Of a stretch of DNA of 64,000 nucleotides, positions 15,001 to 28,982 are shown piece after piece. The notes below the pieces were generated by a model, which was not told where the DNA came from, ran no database searches, and saw only the letters and a program-made list of their open reading frames with translations. How positions within the stretch are numbered: the stretch's first letter is position 1; each line of letters begins with the position of its first letter. Made by a program: the position numbers and the translations under genes. Origin of the DNA: Eledone cirrhosa (lineage: Eukaryota); contig OZ024741.1 in assembly GCA_964016885.1 (NCBI GenBank), positions 279,248,001 through 279,312,000 on the forward strand, read 5' to 3'.

Positions 15001-18000
15001 CAGCCCATACAAGGCCTTTCTACTTTCCAGCCCATACAAGGCCTTTCTACTTTCCAGCCCATACAAGGCCTTTCTACTTTCCAGCCCATACAAGGCCTTT
15101 CTACTTTCCAGCCCATACCAGGCCTTTCTACTTTCCAGCCCATATAAGGCCTTTCTACTTTCCAGCCCATACCAGGCCTTTCTACTTTCCAGCCCATACC
15201 AGGCCTTTCTACTTTCCAGCCCATACAAGGCCTTTCTACTTTCCAGTCCATACAAGGCCTTTCTACTTTCCAGCCCATACCAGGCCTTTCTACTTTCCAG
15301 CCCATACCAGGCCTTTCTACTTTCCAGCCCATACCAGGCCTTTCTACTTTCCAGCCCATACCAGGCCTTTCTACTTTCCAGCCCATACAAGGCCTTTCTA
15401 CTTTCCAGTCCATACAAGGCCTTTCTACTTTCCAGCCCATACCAGGCCTTTCTACTTTCCAGCCCATACCAGGCCTTTCTACTTTCCAGCCCATACAAGG
15501 CCTTTCCACTTTCCAGCCCATATAAGGCCTTTCTACTTTCCAGCCCATACCAGGCCTTTCTCCTTTCCAGCCCATATAAGGCCTTTCTACTTTCCAGCCC
15601 ATACAAGGCCTTTCTACTTTCCAGCCCATACCAGGCCTTTCTACTTTCCAGCCCATACAAGGCCTTTCCACTTTCCAGCCCATATAAGGCCTTTCTACTT
15701 TCCAGCCCATACCAGGCCTTTCTACTTTCCAGCCCATATAAGGCCTTTCTACTTTCCAGCCCATACAAGGCCTTTCTACTTTCCAGCCCATACAAGGCCT
15801 TTCTACTTTCCAGCCCATACAAGGCCTTTCTACTTTCCAGCCCATACAAGGCCTTTCTACTTTCCAGTCCATACAAGGCCTTTCTACTTTCCAGCCCATA
15901 TAAGGCCTTTCTACTTTCCAGCCCATACCAGGCCTTTCTACTTTCCAGCCCATACAAGGCCTTTCTACTTTCCAGTCCATACAAGGCCTTTCTACTTTCC
16001 AGTCCATATAAGGCCTTTCTACTTTCCAGCCCATACCAGGCCTTTCTACTTTCCAGCCCATACAAGGCCTTTCTACTTTCCAGTCCATACAAGGCCTTTC
16101 TACTTTCCAGCCCATACAAGGCCTTTCTACTTTCCAGCCCATACAAGGCCTTTCTACTTTCCAGCCCATACCAGGCCTTTCTACTTTCCAGTCCATACAA
16201 GGCCTTTCTACTTTCCAGCCCATACAAGGCCTTTCTACTTTCCAGCCCATATAAGGCCTTTCTACTTTCTAGCCCATACAAGGCCTTTCTACTTTCCAGC
16301 CCATATAAGGCCTTTCTACTTTCCAGCCCATATAAGGCCTTTCTACTTTCCAGCCCATACAAGGCCTTTCTACTTTCCAGCCCATACAAGGCCTTTCTAC
16401 TTTCCAGCCCATATAAGGCCTTTCTACTTTCCAGCCCATATAAGGCCTTTCTACTTTCCAGCCCATACAAGGCCTTTCTACTTTCCAGTCCATATAAGGC
16501 CTTTCTACTTTCCAGCCCATATAAGGCCTTTCTACTTTCCAGCCCATACAAGGCCTTTCTACTTTCCAGCCCATACAAGGCCTTTCTACTTTCCAGCCCA
16601 TATAAGGCCTTTCTACTTTCCAGCCCATATAAGGCCTTTCTACTTTCCAGCCCATCCAAGGCCTTTCTACTTTCCAGCCCATACAAGGCCTTTCTACTTT
16701 CCAGCCCATATAAGGCCTTTCTACTTTCCAGCCCATACAAGGCCTTTCTACTTTCCAGCCCATATAAGGCCTTTCTACTTTCCAGCCCATATAAGGCCTT
16801 TCTACTCTCCAGCCCATACAAGGTCTTTCTACTTTCCAGCCCATATAAGGCCTTTCTACTTTCCAGCCCATATAAGGCCTTTCTACTTTCCAGCCCATAC
16901 AAGGCCTTTCTACTTTCCAGCCCATATAAGGCCTTTCTACTTTCCAGCCCATATAAGGCCTTTCTACTTTCCAGCCCATACAAGGCCTTTCTACTTTCCA
17001 GCCCATACAAGGCCTTTCTACTTTCCAGCCCATATAAGGCCTTTCTACTTTCCAGCCCATATAAGGCCTTTCTACTTTCCAGCCCATACAAGGCCTTTCT
17101 ACTTTCCAGTCCCTATAAGGCCTTTCTACTTTCCAGCCCATATAAGGCCTTTCTACTTTCCAGCCCATACAAGGCCTTTCTACTTTCCAGCCCATACAAG
17201 GCCTTTCTACTTTCCAGCCCATATAAGGCCTTTCTACTTTCCAGCCCATATAAGGCCTTTCTACTTTCCAGCCCATACAAGGCCTTTCTACTTTCCAGCC
17301 CATACAAGGCCTTTCTACTTTCCAGCCCATATAAGGCCTTTCTACTTTCCAGCCCATACAAGGCCTTTCTACTTTCCAGCCCATATAAGGCCTTTCTACT
17401 TTCCAGCCCATATAAGGCCTTTCTACTTTCCAGCCCATACAAGGCCTTTCTACTTTCCAGCCCATATAAGGCCTTTCTACTTTCCAGCCCATATAAGGCC
17501 TTTCTACTTTCCAGCCCATACAAGGCCTTTCTACTTTCCAGCCCATATAAGGCCTTTCTACTTTCCAGCCCATATAAGGCCTTTCTACTTTCCAGCCCAT
17601 ACAAGGCCTTTCTACTTTCCAGCCCATATAAGGCCTTTCTACTTTCCAGCCCATATAAGGCCTTTCTACTTTCCAGCCCATACAAGGCCTTTCTACTTTC
17701 CAGTCCATACAAGGCCTTTCTACTTTCCAGCCCATATAAGGCCTTTCTACTTTCCAGCCCATACAAGGCCTTTCTACTTTCCAGCCCATACAAGGCCTTT
17801 CTACTTTCCAGCCCATATAAGGCCTTTCTACTTTCCAGCCCATATAAGGCCTTTCTACTTTCCAGCCCATACAAGGCCTTTCTACTTTCCAGCCCATACA
17901 AGGCCTTTCTACTTTCCAGCCCATACAAGGCCTTTCTACTTTCCAGCCCATACAAGGCCTTTCTACTTTCCAGCCCATATAAGGCCTTTCTACTTTCCAG

Positions 18001-21000
18001 CCCATATAAGGCCTTTCTACTTTCCAGCCCATACCAGGCCTTTCTACTTTCCAGCCCATACAAGGCCTTTCTACTTTCCAGTCCATACAAGGCCTTTCTA
18101 CTTTCCAGTCCATATAAGGCCTTGCTACTTTCCAGCCCATACCAGGCCTTTCTACTTTCCAGCCCATACAAGGCCTTTCTACTTTCCAGTCCATACAAGG
18201 CCTTTCTACTTTCCAGCCCATACAAGGCCTTTCTACTTTCCAGCCCATACAAGGCCTTTCTACTTTCCAGCCCATACCAGGCCTTTCTACTTTCCAGTCC
18301 ATACAAGGCCTTTCTACTTTCCAGCCCATACAAGGCCTTTCTACTTTCCAGCCCATATAAGGCCTTTCTACTTTCTAGCCCATACAAGGCCTTTCTACTT
18401 TCCAGCCCATATAAGGCCTTTCTACTTTCCAGCCCATATAAGGCCTTTCTACTTTCCAGCCCATACAAGGCCTTTCTACTTTCCAGCCCATACAAGGCCT
18501 TTCTACTTTCCAGCCCATATAAGGCCTTTCTACTTTCCAGCCCATATAAGGCCTTTCTACTTTCCAGCCCATACAAGGCCTTTCTACTTTCCAGTCCATA
18601 TAAGGCCTTTCTACTTTCCAGCCCATATAAGGCCTTTCTACTTTCCAGCCCATACAAGGCCTTTCTACTTTCCAGCCCATACAAGGCCTTTCTACTTTCC
18701 AGCCCATATAAGGCCTTTCTACTTTCCAGCCCATATAAGGCCTTTCTACTTTCCAGCCCATCCAAGGCCTTTCTACTTTCCAGCCCATACAAGGCCTTTC
18801 TACTTTCCAGCCCATATAAGGCCTTTCTACTTTCCAGCCCATACAAGGCCTTTCTACTTTCCAGCCCATATAAGGCCTTTCTACTTTCCAGCCCATATAA
18901 GGCCTTTCTACTCTCCAGCCCATACAAGGTCTTTCTACTTTCCAGCCCATATAAGGCCTTTCTACTTTCCAGCCCATATAAGGCCTTTCTACTTTCCAGC
19001 CCATACAAGGCCTTTCTACTTTCCAGCCCATATAAGGCCTTTCTACTTTCCAGCCCATATAAGGCCTTTCTACTTTCCAGCCCATACAAGGCCTTTCTAC
19101 TTTCCAGCCCATACAAGGCCTTTCTACTTTCCAGCCCATATAAGGCCTTTCTACTTTCCAGCCCATATAAGGCCTTTCTACTTTCCAGCCCATACAAGGC
19201 CTTTCTACTTTCCAGTCCATATAAGGCCTTTCTACTTTCCAGCCCATATAAGGCCTTTCTACTTTCCAGCCCATACAAGGCCTTTCTACTTTCCAGCCCA
19301 TACAAGGCCTTTCTACTTTCCAGCCCATATAAGGCCTTTCTACTTTCCAGCCCATATAAGGCCTTTCTACTTTCCAGCCCATACAAGGCCTTTCTACTTT
19401 CCAGCCCATACAAGGCCTTTCTACTTTCCAGCCCATATAAGGCCTTTCTACTTTCCAGCCCATACAAGGCCTTTCTACTTTCCAGCCCATATAAGGCCTT
19501 TCTACTTTCCAGCCCATATAAGGCCTTTCTACTTTCCAGCCCATACAAGGCCTTTCTACTTTCCAGCCCATATAAGGCCTTTCTACTTTCCAGCCCATAT
19601 AAGGCCTTTCTACTTTCCAGCCCATACAAGGCCTTTCTACTTTCCAGCCCATATAAGGCCTTTCTACTTTCCAGCCCATATAAGGCCTTTCTACTTTCCA
19701 GCCCATACAAGGCCTTTCTACTTTCCAGCCCATAATAAGGCCTTTCTACTTTCCAGCCCATATAAGGCCTTTCTACTTTCCAGCCCATACAAGGCCTTTC
19801 TACTTTCCAGTCCATACAAGGCCTTTCTACTTTCCAGCCCATATAAGGCCTTTCTACTTTCCAGCCCATACAAGGCCTTTCTACTTTCCAGCCCATACAA
19901 GGCCTTTCTACTTTCCAGCCCATATAAGGCCTTTCTACTTTCCAGCCCATATAAGGCCTTTCTACTTTCCAGCCCATACAAGGCCTTTCTACTTTCCAGC
20001 CCATACAAGGCCTTTCTACTTTCCAGCCCATATAAGGCCTTTCTACTTTCCAGCCCATACAAGGCCTTTCTACTTTCCAGCCCATATAAGGCCTTTCTAC
20101 TTTCCAGCCCATATAAGGCCTTTCTACTTTCCAGTCCATACAAGGCCTTTCTACTTTCCAGCCCATATAAGGCCTTTCTACTTTCCAGCCCATACAAGGC
20201 CTTTCTACTTTCCAGCCCATACAAGGCCTTTCTACTTTCCAGCCCATACAAGGCCTTTCTACTTTCCAGCCCATACAAGGCCTTTCTACTTTCCAGCCCA
20301 TATAAGGCCTTTCTACTTTCCAGCCCATACAAGGCCTTTCTACTTTCCAGCCCATACAAGGCCTTTCTACATTCCAGCCCATATAAGGCCTTTCTACTTT
20401 CCAGCCCATACAAGGCCTTTCTACTTTCCAGTCCATATAAGGCCTTTCTACTTTCCAGCCCATATAAGGCCTTTCTACTTTCCAGCCCATACAAGGCCTT
20501 TCTACTTTCCAGCCCATACAAGGCCTTTCTACTTTCCAGCCCATATCAGGCCTTTCTACTTTCCAGCCCATATAAGGCCTTTCTACTTTCCAGCCCATAC
20601 AAGGCCTTTCTACTTTCCAGCCCATACAAGGCCTTTCTACTTTCCAGCCCATATAAGGCCTTTCTACTTTCCAGCCCATATAAGGCCTTTCTACTTTCCA
20701 GCCCATACAAGGCCTTTCTACTTTCCAGCCCATACAAGGCCTTTCTACTTTCCAGCCCATATAAGGCCTTTCTACTTTCCAGCCCATACAAGGCCTTTCT
20801 ACTTTCCAGCCCATATAAGGCCTTTCTACTTTCCAGCCCATACAAGGCCTTTCTACTTTCCAGCCCATATAAGGCCTTTCTACTTTCCAGCCCATACAAG
20901 GCCTTTCTACTTTCCAGCCCATATAAGGCCTTTCTACTTTCCAGCCCATATAAGGCCTTTCTACTTTCCAGCCCATACCAGGCCTTTCTACTTTCCAGCC

Positions 21001-24000
21001 CATATAAGGCCTTTCTACTTTCCAGCCCATATAAGGCCTTTCTACTTTCCAGCCCATACAAGGCCTTTCTACTTTCCAGCCCATATAAGGCCTTTCTACT
21101 TTCCAGCCCATATAAGGCCTTTCTACTTTCCAGCCCATACAAGGCCTTTCTACTTTCCAGCCCATACAAGGCCTTTCTACTTTCCAGCCCATATAAGGCC
21201 TTTCTACTTTCCAGCCCATATAAGGCCTTTCTACTTTCCAGCCCATACAAGGCCTTTCTACTTTCCAGTCCATATAAGGCCTTTCTACTTTCCAGCCCAT
21301 ATAAGGCCTTTCTACTTTCCAGCCCATACAAGGCCTTTCTACTTTCCAGCCCATACAAGGCCTTTCTACTTTCCAGCCCATATAAGGCCTTTCTACTTTC
21401 CAGCCCATATAAGGCCTTTCTACTTTCCAGCCCATACAAGGCCTTTCTACTTTCCAGCCCATACAAGGCCTTTCTACTTTCCAGCCCATATAAGGCCTTT
21501 CTACTTTCCAGCCCATACAAGGCCTTTCTACTTTCCAGCCCATATAAGGCCTTTCTACTTTCCAGCCCATATAAGGCCTTTCTACTTTCCAGCCCATACA
21601 AGGCCTTTCTACTTTCCAGCCCATATAAGGCCTTTCTACTTTCCAGCCCATATAAGGCCTTTCTACTTTCCAGCCCATACAAGGCCTTTCTACTTTCCAG
21701 CCCATATAAGGCCTTTCTACTTTCCAGCCCATATAAGGCCTTTCTACTTTCCAGCCCATACAAGGCCTTTCTACTTTCCAGTCCATACAAGGCCTTTCTA
21801 CTTTCCAGCCCATATAAGGCCTTTCTACTTTCCAGCCCATACAAGGCCTTTCTACTTTCCAGCCCATACAAGGCCTTTCTACTTTCCAGCCCATATAAGG
21901 CCTTTCTACTTTCCAGCCCATATAAGGCCTTTCTACTTTCCAGCCCATACAAGGCCTTTCTACTTTCCAGCCCATACAAGGCCTTTCTACTTTCCAGCCC
22001 ATATAAGGCCTTTCTACTTTCCAGCCCATACAAGGCCTTTCTACTTTCCAGCCCATATAAGGCCTTTCTACTTTCCAGCCCATATAAGGCCTTTCTACTT
22101 TCCAGTCCATACAAGGCCTTTCTACTTTCCAGCCCATATAAGGCCTTTCTACTTTCCAGCCCATACAAGGCCTTTCTACTTTCCAGCCCATACAAGGCCT
22201 TTCTACTTTCCAGCCCATACAAGGCCTTTCTACTTTCCAGCCCATATAAGGCCTTTCTACTTTCCAGCCCATACAAGGCCTTTCTACTTTCCAGCCCATA
22301 CAAGGCCTTTCTACTTTCCAGCCCATATAAGGCCTTTCTACTTTCCAGCCCATACAAGGCCTTTCTACTTTCCAGTCCATATAAGGCCTTTCTACTTTCC
22401 AGCCCATATAAGGCCTTTCTACTTTCCAGCCCATACAAGGCCTTTCTACTTTCCAGCCCATACAAGGCCTTTCTACTTTCCAGCCCATATAAGGCCTTTC
22501 TACTTTCCAGCCCATATAAGGCCTTTCTACTTTCCAGCCCATACAAGGCCTTTCTACTTTCCAGCCCATACAAGGCCTTTCTACTTTCCAGCCCATATAA
22601 GGCCTTTCTACTTTCCAGCCCATATAAGGCCTTTCTACTTTCCAGCCCATACAAGGCCTTTCTACTTTCCAGCCCATACAAGGCCTTTCTACTTTCCAGC
22701 CCATATAAGGCCTTTCTACTTTCCAGCCCATACAAGGCCTTTCTACTTTCCAGCCCATATAAGGCCTTTCTACTTTCCAGCCCATACAAGGCCTTTCTAC
22801 TTTCCAGCCCATATAAGGCCTTTCTACTTTCCAGCCCATATAAGGCCTTTCTACTTTCCAGCCCATACCAGGCCTTTCTACTTTCCAGCCCATACAAGGC
22901 CTTTCTACTTTCCAGCCCATACCAGGCCTTTCTACTTTCTAGTTCATACTAGTCCATACCAGGCCTTTGTTCTTTCCAGCCCATACCAGGCCTTTCTACT
23001 TTCTAGTTCATACTAGTCCATACCAGGCCTTTCTACTTTCCAGCCCATACAAGGCCTTTCTACTTTCCAGCCCATACAAGGCCTTTCTACTTTCCAGCCC
23101 ATATAAGGCCTTTCTACTTTCCAGCCCATACAAGGCCTTTCTACTTTCCAGCCCATATAAGGCCTTTCTACTTTCCAGCCCATATAAGGCCTTTCTACTT
23201 TCCAGTCCATACAAGGCCTTTCTACTTTCCAGCCCATATAAGGCCTTTCTACTTTCCAGCCCATACAAGGCCTTTCTACTTTCCAGCCCATACAAGGCCT
23301 TTCTACTTTCCAGCCCATACAAGGCCTTTCTACTTTCCAGCCCATACAAGGCCTTTCTACTTTCCAGCCCATATAAGGCCTTTCTACTTTCCAGCCCATA
23401 CAAGGCCTTTCTACTTTCCAGCCCATACAAGGCCTTTCTACTTTCCAGCCCATATAAGGCCTTTCTACTTTCCAGCCCATACAAGGCCTTTCTACTTTCC
23501 AGTCCATATAAGGCCTTTCTACTTTCCAGCCCATATAAGGCCTTTCTACTTTCCAGCCCATACAAGGCCTTTCTACTTTCCAGCCCATACAAGGCCTTTC
23601 TACTTTCCAGCCCATATCAGGCCTTTCTACTTTCCAGCCCATATAAGGCCTTTCTACTTTCCAGCCCATACAAGGCCTTTCTACTTTCCAGCCCATACAA
23701 GGCCTTTCTACTTTCCAGCCCATATAAGGCCTTTCTACTTTCCAGCCCATATAAGGCCTTTCTACTTTCCAGCCCATACAAGGCCTTTCTACTTTCCAGC
23801 CCATACAAGGCCTTTCTACTTTCCAGCCCATATAAGGCCTTTCTACTTTCCAGCCCATACAAGGCCTTTCTACTTTCCAGCCCATATAAGGCCTTTCTAC
23901 TTTCCAGCCCATACAAGGCCTTTCTACTTTCCAGCCCATATAAGGCCTTTCTACTTTCCAGCCCATACAAGGCTTTTCTACTTTCCAGCCCATATAAGGC

Positions 24001-26480
24001 CTTTCTACTTTCCAGCCCATATAAGGCCTTTCTACTTTCCAGCCCATACCAGGCCTTTCTACTTTCCAGCCCATATAAGGCCTTTCTACTTTCCAGCCCA
24101 TATAAGGCCTTTCTACTTTCCAGCCCATACAAGGCCTTTCTACTTTCCAGCCCATATAAGGCCTTTCTACTTTCCAGCCCATATAAGGCCTTTCTACTTT
24201 CCAGCCCATACAAGGCCTTTCTACTTTCCAGCCCATACAAGGCCTTTCTACTTTCCAGCCCATATAAGGCCTTTCTACTTTCCAGCCCATATAAGGCCTT
24301 TCTACTTTCCAGCCCATACAAGGCCTTTCTACTTTCCAGTCCATATAAGGCCTTTCTACTTTCCAGCCCATATAAGGCCTTTCTACTTTCCAGCCCATAC
24401 AAGGCCTTTCTACTTTCCAGCCCATACAAGGCCTTTCTACTTTCCAGCCCATATAAGGCCTTTCTACTTTCCAGCCCATATAAGGCCTTTCTACTTTCCA
24501 GCCCATACAAGGCCTTTCTACTTTCCAGCCCATACAAGGCCTTTCTACTTTCCAGCCCATATAAGGCCTTTCTACTTTCCAGCCCATACAAGGCCTTTCT
24601 ACTTTCCAGCCCATATAAGGCCTTTCTACTTTCCAGCCCATATAAGGCCTTTCTACTTTCCAGCCCATACAAGGCCTTTCTACTTTCCAGCCCATATAAG
24701 GCCTTTCTACTTTCCAGCCCATATAAGGCCTTTCTACTTTCCAGCCCATACAAGGCCTTTCTACTTTCCAGCCCATATAAGGCCTTTCTACTTTCCAGCC
24801 CATATAAGGCCTTTCTACTTTCCAGCCCATACAAGGCCTTTCTACTTTCCAGCCCATATAAGGCCTTTCTACTTTCCAGCCCATATAAGGCCTTTCTACT
24901 TTCCAGCCCATACAAGGCCTTTCTACTTTCCAGTCCATACAAGGCCTTTCTACTTTCCAGCCCATATAAGGCCTTTCTACTTTCCAGCCCATACAAGGCC
25001 TTTCTACTTTCCAGCCCATACAAGGCCTTTCTACTTTCCAGCCCATATAAGGCCTTTCTACTTTCCAGCCCATATAAGGCCTTTCTACTTTCCAGCCCAT
25101 ACAAGGCCTTTCTACTTTCCAGCCCATACAAGGCCTTTCTACTTTCCAGCCCATATAAGGCCTTTCTACTTTCCAGCCCATACAAGGCCTTTCTACTTTC
25201 CAGCCCATATAAGGCCTTTCTACTTTCCAGCCCATATAAGGCCTTTCTACTTTCCAGTCCATACAAGGCCTTTCTACTTTCCAGCCCATATAAGGCCTTT
25301 CTACTTTCCAGCCCATACAAGGCCTTTCTACTTTCCAGCCCATATAAGGCCTTTCTACTTTCCAGCCCATACCAGGCCTTTCTACTTTCCAGCCCATACA
25401 AGGCCTTTCTACTTTCCAGCCCATACCAGGCCTTTCTACTTTCTAGTTCATACTAGTCCATACCAGGCCTTTGTTCTTTCCAGCCCATACCAGGCCTTTC
25501 TACTTTCTAGTTCATACTAGTCCATACCAGGCCTTTGTTCTTTCCAGCCCATATAAGGCCTTTGTTCTTTCCAGCCCATATAAGGCCTTTCTACTTTCCA
25601 GCCCATACAAGGCCTTTCTACTTTCCAGTCCATATAAGGCCTTTCTACTTTCCAGCCCATATAAGGCCTTTCTACTTTCCAGCCCATACCAGGCCTTTCT
25701 ACTTTCCAGCCCATACAAGGCCTTTCTACTTTCCAGCCCATATAAGGCCTTTCTACTTTCCAGCCCATATAAGGCCTTTCTACTTTCCAGCCCATACCAG
25801 GCCTTTCTACTTTCCGGTCCATATAAGGCCTTTCTACTTTCCAGCCCATATAAGGCCTTTCTACTTTCCAGCCCATACCAGGCCTTTCTACTTTCCAGTC
25901 CATATAAGGCCTTTCTACTTTCCAGCCCATATAAGGCCTTTCTACTTTCCAGCCCATATAAGGCCTTTCTACTTTCCAGCCCATACAAGGCCTTTCTACT
26001 TTCGAGTCCATATAAGGCCTTTCTACTTTCCAGCCCATATAAGGCCTTTCTACTTTCCAGCCCATACCAGGCCTTTCTACTTTCCAGCCCATACAAGGCC
26101 TTTCTACTTTCCAGCCCATATAAAGCCTTTCTACTTTCCAGCCCATATAAGGCCTTTCTACTTTCCAGCCCATACAAGGCCTTTCTACTTTCCAGCCCAT
26201 ACCAGGCCTTTCTACTTTCCAGCCCATACCAGGCCTTTCTACTTTCCAGCCCATACCAGGCCTTTCTACTTTCCAGCCCATACCAGGCCTTTCTACTTTC
26301 CAGCCCATACCAGGCCTTTCTACTTTCCAGTCCATACAAGGCCTTTCTACTTTCCAGCCCATACCAGGCCTTTCTACTTTCCAGCCCATACCAGGCCTTT
26401 CTACTTTCCAGCCCATACCAGGCCTTTCTACTTTCCAGTCCATACTAGTCCATACCAGGCCTTTGTTCTTTCCAGCCCAC
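1..26480. repeat. 27-bp tandem satellite/minisatellite, about 980 units, consensus TACAAGGCCTTTCTACTTTCCAGCCCA; continues past the left window edge
   Basis: Directly visible 27-bp period with a StuI site (AGGCCT) in almost every unit. Main variants are AGC/AGT/AGG, TAC/TAT and CAAGG/CCAGG. The right border (25.4-26.5 kb) is more divergent. Confidence 0.99.
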
Positions 26481-26494
26481 AGCTGCCTCAAAAT

Positions 26495-26692
26495 AATTCA
26501 GTGAATTGTTCTGGCTACATTATAGAGTTATGGTCCTTTACGTTCTGAGTTCAGATTGCGCCAAGGTTAGCTTTGCCTTTCATCCTTACGCGGTTGATAA
26601 AATAAAATACCAGTAATGTACTGGATTCGAGTTAATTGACTTTCCCCTCCCCAAAATTGTAGACCTTGTGCTTAAATCAGAAACAATTATTA
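26495..26692 (+). mobile_element. degenerate tRNA-derived SINE (same family as 35680-35870)
   Basis: GTTCTGAGTTCAGATT B-box-like region followed by CTTTGCCTTTCATCCTTACG..GATAAAATAAA.TACCAGTAATG, matching the other copies in the window. Confidence 0.75.
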
Positions 26693-26740
26693 TGTCTACA
26701 CCAACATCATATTGAATTATTTTATTTCAAACTTTTATTA

Positions 26741-26872
26741 CCGTATTTCCCGACGTCGAAGACGCTACTTTTTTCCTAAAATAAGTCTAAAAAATCTACC
26801 ATGCGTCCTGTAGGTTGTCAGAATTAGGGTGCGTCCTCGAGGATGAAGCGTCTTCGGCGCCGGGAAATACGG
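26741..26872. mobile_element. Tc1/mariner-superfamily MITE (Tc2/pogo-like termini)
   Basis: 25-bp TIRs CCGTATTTCCCGACGTCGAAGACGC / GCGTCTTCGGCGCCGGGAAATACGG (2 mismatches), TA on both sides. Confidence 0.85.
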
Positions 26873-26912
26873 TAATTAACGTTTTAAATTGTGATAATTA
26901 TATTTACTATTA

Positions 26913-27070
26913 GGGCAACGAATTGGCAGAGTCGTTAGAATGTTGGATAGAATGCTTTATGCTATTCGTTTTGGCTCTCTACTCTCCGAGTTCAACTCCT
27001 GGCGAGGTCAGCTTTGCTTTCAACCATTCTAAGTCAATAAAAAAATTACCAATCAAATACTGGAGTCGAT
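26913..27070 (+). mobile_element. degenerate tRNA-derived SINE
   Basis: GGGCAACGAATTGGCAGAGTCGTTAGA head, GAGTTCAACTCC B-box, CTTTGCTTTCA..AATAAA..TACCA body similar to 35680-35870. Confidence 0.7.
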
Positions 27071-27476
27071 TCTTCCTCTACATCTATATTTCAATTTCAT
27101 TCCCTTAACTCTCTATCTTTCTTTGGAAGAAATCTGCTATATTCAGACCTGGAGGGGAGATAGGCTCCGTCAGATTTTTAAAAAATGCCCCAGAAACACT
27201 ATATGAATACGGCACCCCTACAACTTCCTCATGAGTTACGGGACAATGCATGCATACACAATATTTTAATTGATTTCTGATCTACTTCCTTGTTTTATTT
27301 CAAAATTAAAAATTTTTCAAAACCAATTTCAAGTACACATTTAAGGCATAAAACGTCGTATGTCAATACGACGCCCGTCCGACTCCCTAGGGAGCCAGGG
27401 GTCCATACATACATATTTGTTATTAGCCTTTACCCTTCCTATCCATTTATCTATTGATCTATTCCGTCTATCTATC

Positions 27477-28397
27477 CACATTGAATGCGCTCAGACGCTC
27501 ACAGTCCTCTTTCAAGCGGGCACAGCAATCATATTCTATAGAGGGTTAGTACGTTACAAGGGCGACAACGTGCTCGGGGAGACTCTGGGCGTCGAAGACG
27601 ACGAGCTCACCAGTCTGTTTGGTAGAACTTTCCGCCCGGGACCCATGGACAACTTCCAGAGGTCCCTGGCCTGACGGTGCTACTGAGAAGTTCTACCAGT
27701 TCGAGACAAGATCTACAGGCACGGACGCTCCGGCAGGGATCCTTCCAAGAGGTCGTGTCCAAGATGCGAGCAGGACATTGAAACCGTCTTGCACGCAATT
27801 GTACACTGCCCGGGCGTAACCGACCTGTGGAACTATGCAGAACAACTGCTGTCGCGTATGGGACAAATCCAGTTGACTGCCGAGTCCATAGTAAGGATCA
27901 AACCGCCAACTTCTTTCAAAAACGAAAGAGAGGTGTACGGTGGCTATGGTAAAAGAGATTATATGGTGGACGAGATTGAGAGGACTGAGGACAGATACCT
28001 TTCTCTCTGGACAACAACTCATTCCCTTCTTTAGGCACCACTTTAGAAGGAGAATCAGAGTGGAGAGAGAGGCACTGCACCCCAGTAAATTTACTGAAAG
28101 GTGGGTGAATGTAGCAAAAATGGCCTGAGTGATTGGGCCTTCTCTGTTTATAAACCTGTAGGTTGAAGATGAGAGCAAAAGGAGGAAAGCAGCACTTGCA
28201 CAACACGCTCCTGAAGTTGAGGGTTGTTCTATCTACGGGATATTAAACAACCCATTTGTAACGCCTCCCCCTATTGGGGATTTCGATTGTTGAATGTGTT
28301 TGTTTCAATATTTTTACACGACTATGTGTAAAAACCTCGGCATATGTCCTTGTATTGTCCCCTTTTCTTGTGCACCCTTGTGGCAAATAAAGAAATA
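27477..28397 (+). mobile_element. 5'-truncated, degenerate Tx1/L1-clade LINE (ORF2 C-terminal zinc-binding region and 3' UTR)
   Basis: Reverse-complement homolog of 57145-58074; encodes IECAQTL..., HAIVHCPG...; ends AATAAAGAAATA; TATCTAT on both flanks. Confidence 0.9.
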
Positions 28398-28982
28398 TAT
28401 CTATATAGATAGCAAGCCCACTACAATATTTTATACACATACATACATATACATACATATTTTATACACATACATATACATACACATACATATTTTATAC
28501 ACATACATACATATACATACATAGATATATACATACATACGCACATACATACACATATACATCCATACAATCATACATATATGCATCCATACATACTTAC
28601 ATATATACATACATATATATGCATATAGAGATGGATATATTGTATATATGTGTGTGTGTGTGTACATATGTGTGTGTACATATGTGTATGTATAAACACA
28701 TATATACATGTATGTGTGTGTGTGTGTGTGTGTGCATGTAAGTATGCATGCATGTATCTGGATATACATATATTCATATATGCTTATACACATACATACA
28801 TACACGCACATACATACATGCATACGTACATACACACGCTTATACATGCTTACACACATACACACACACACATATATACTTACACACACTCATTCATACA
28901 TACATACATACACGCTCATGCATCCATACATACATATGCTCATAAATGCATACTTACTTACATACATACATACATACATACA

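Noticed and set aside
1-26480. CRISPR array
   Set aside because: Units are contiguous with no unique spacers, there are no cas genes, and the context is eukaryotic.
1431-26548. Giant ORFs (YGLESRKAL, MGWKVERPC, YKAFLLSSP repeats) as genes, e.g. a neuropeptide precursor with RK sites
   Set aside because: They follow automatically from a 27-bp (9-codon) unit lacking stops in several frames. There is no signal peptide or unique domain, and indels and stops interrupt them. Kept only as a low-probability finding.
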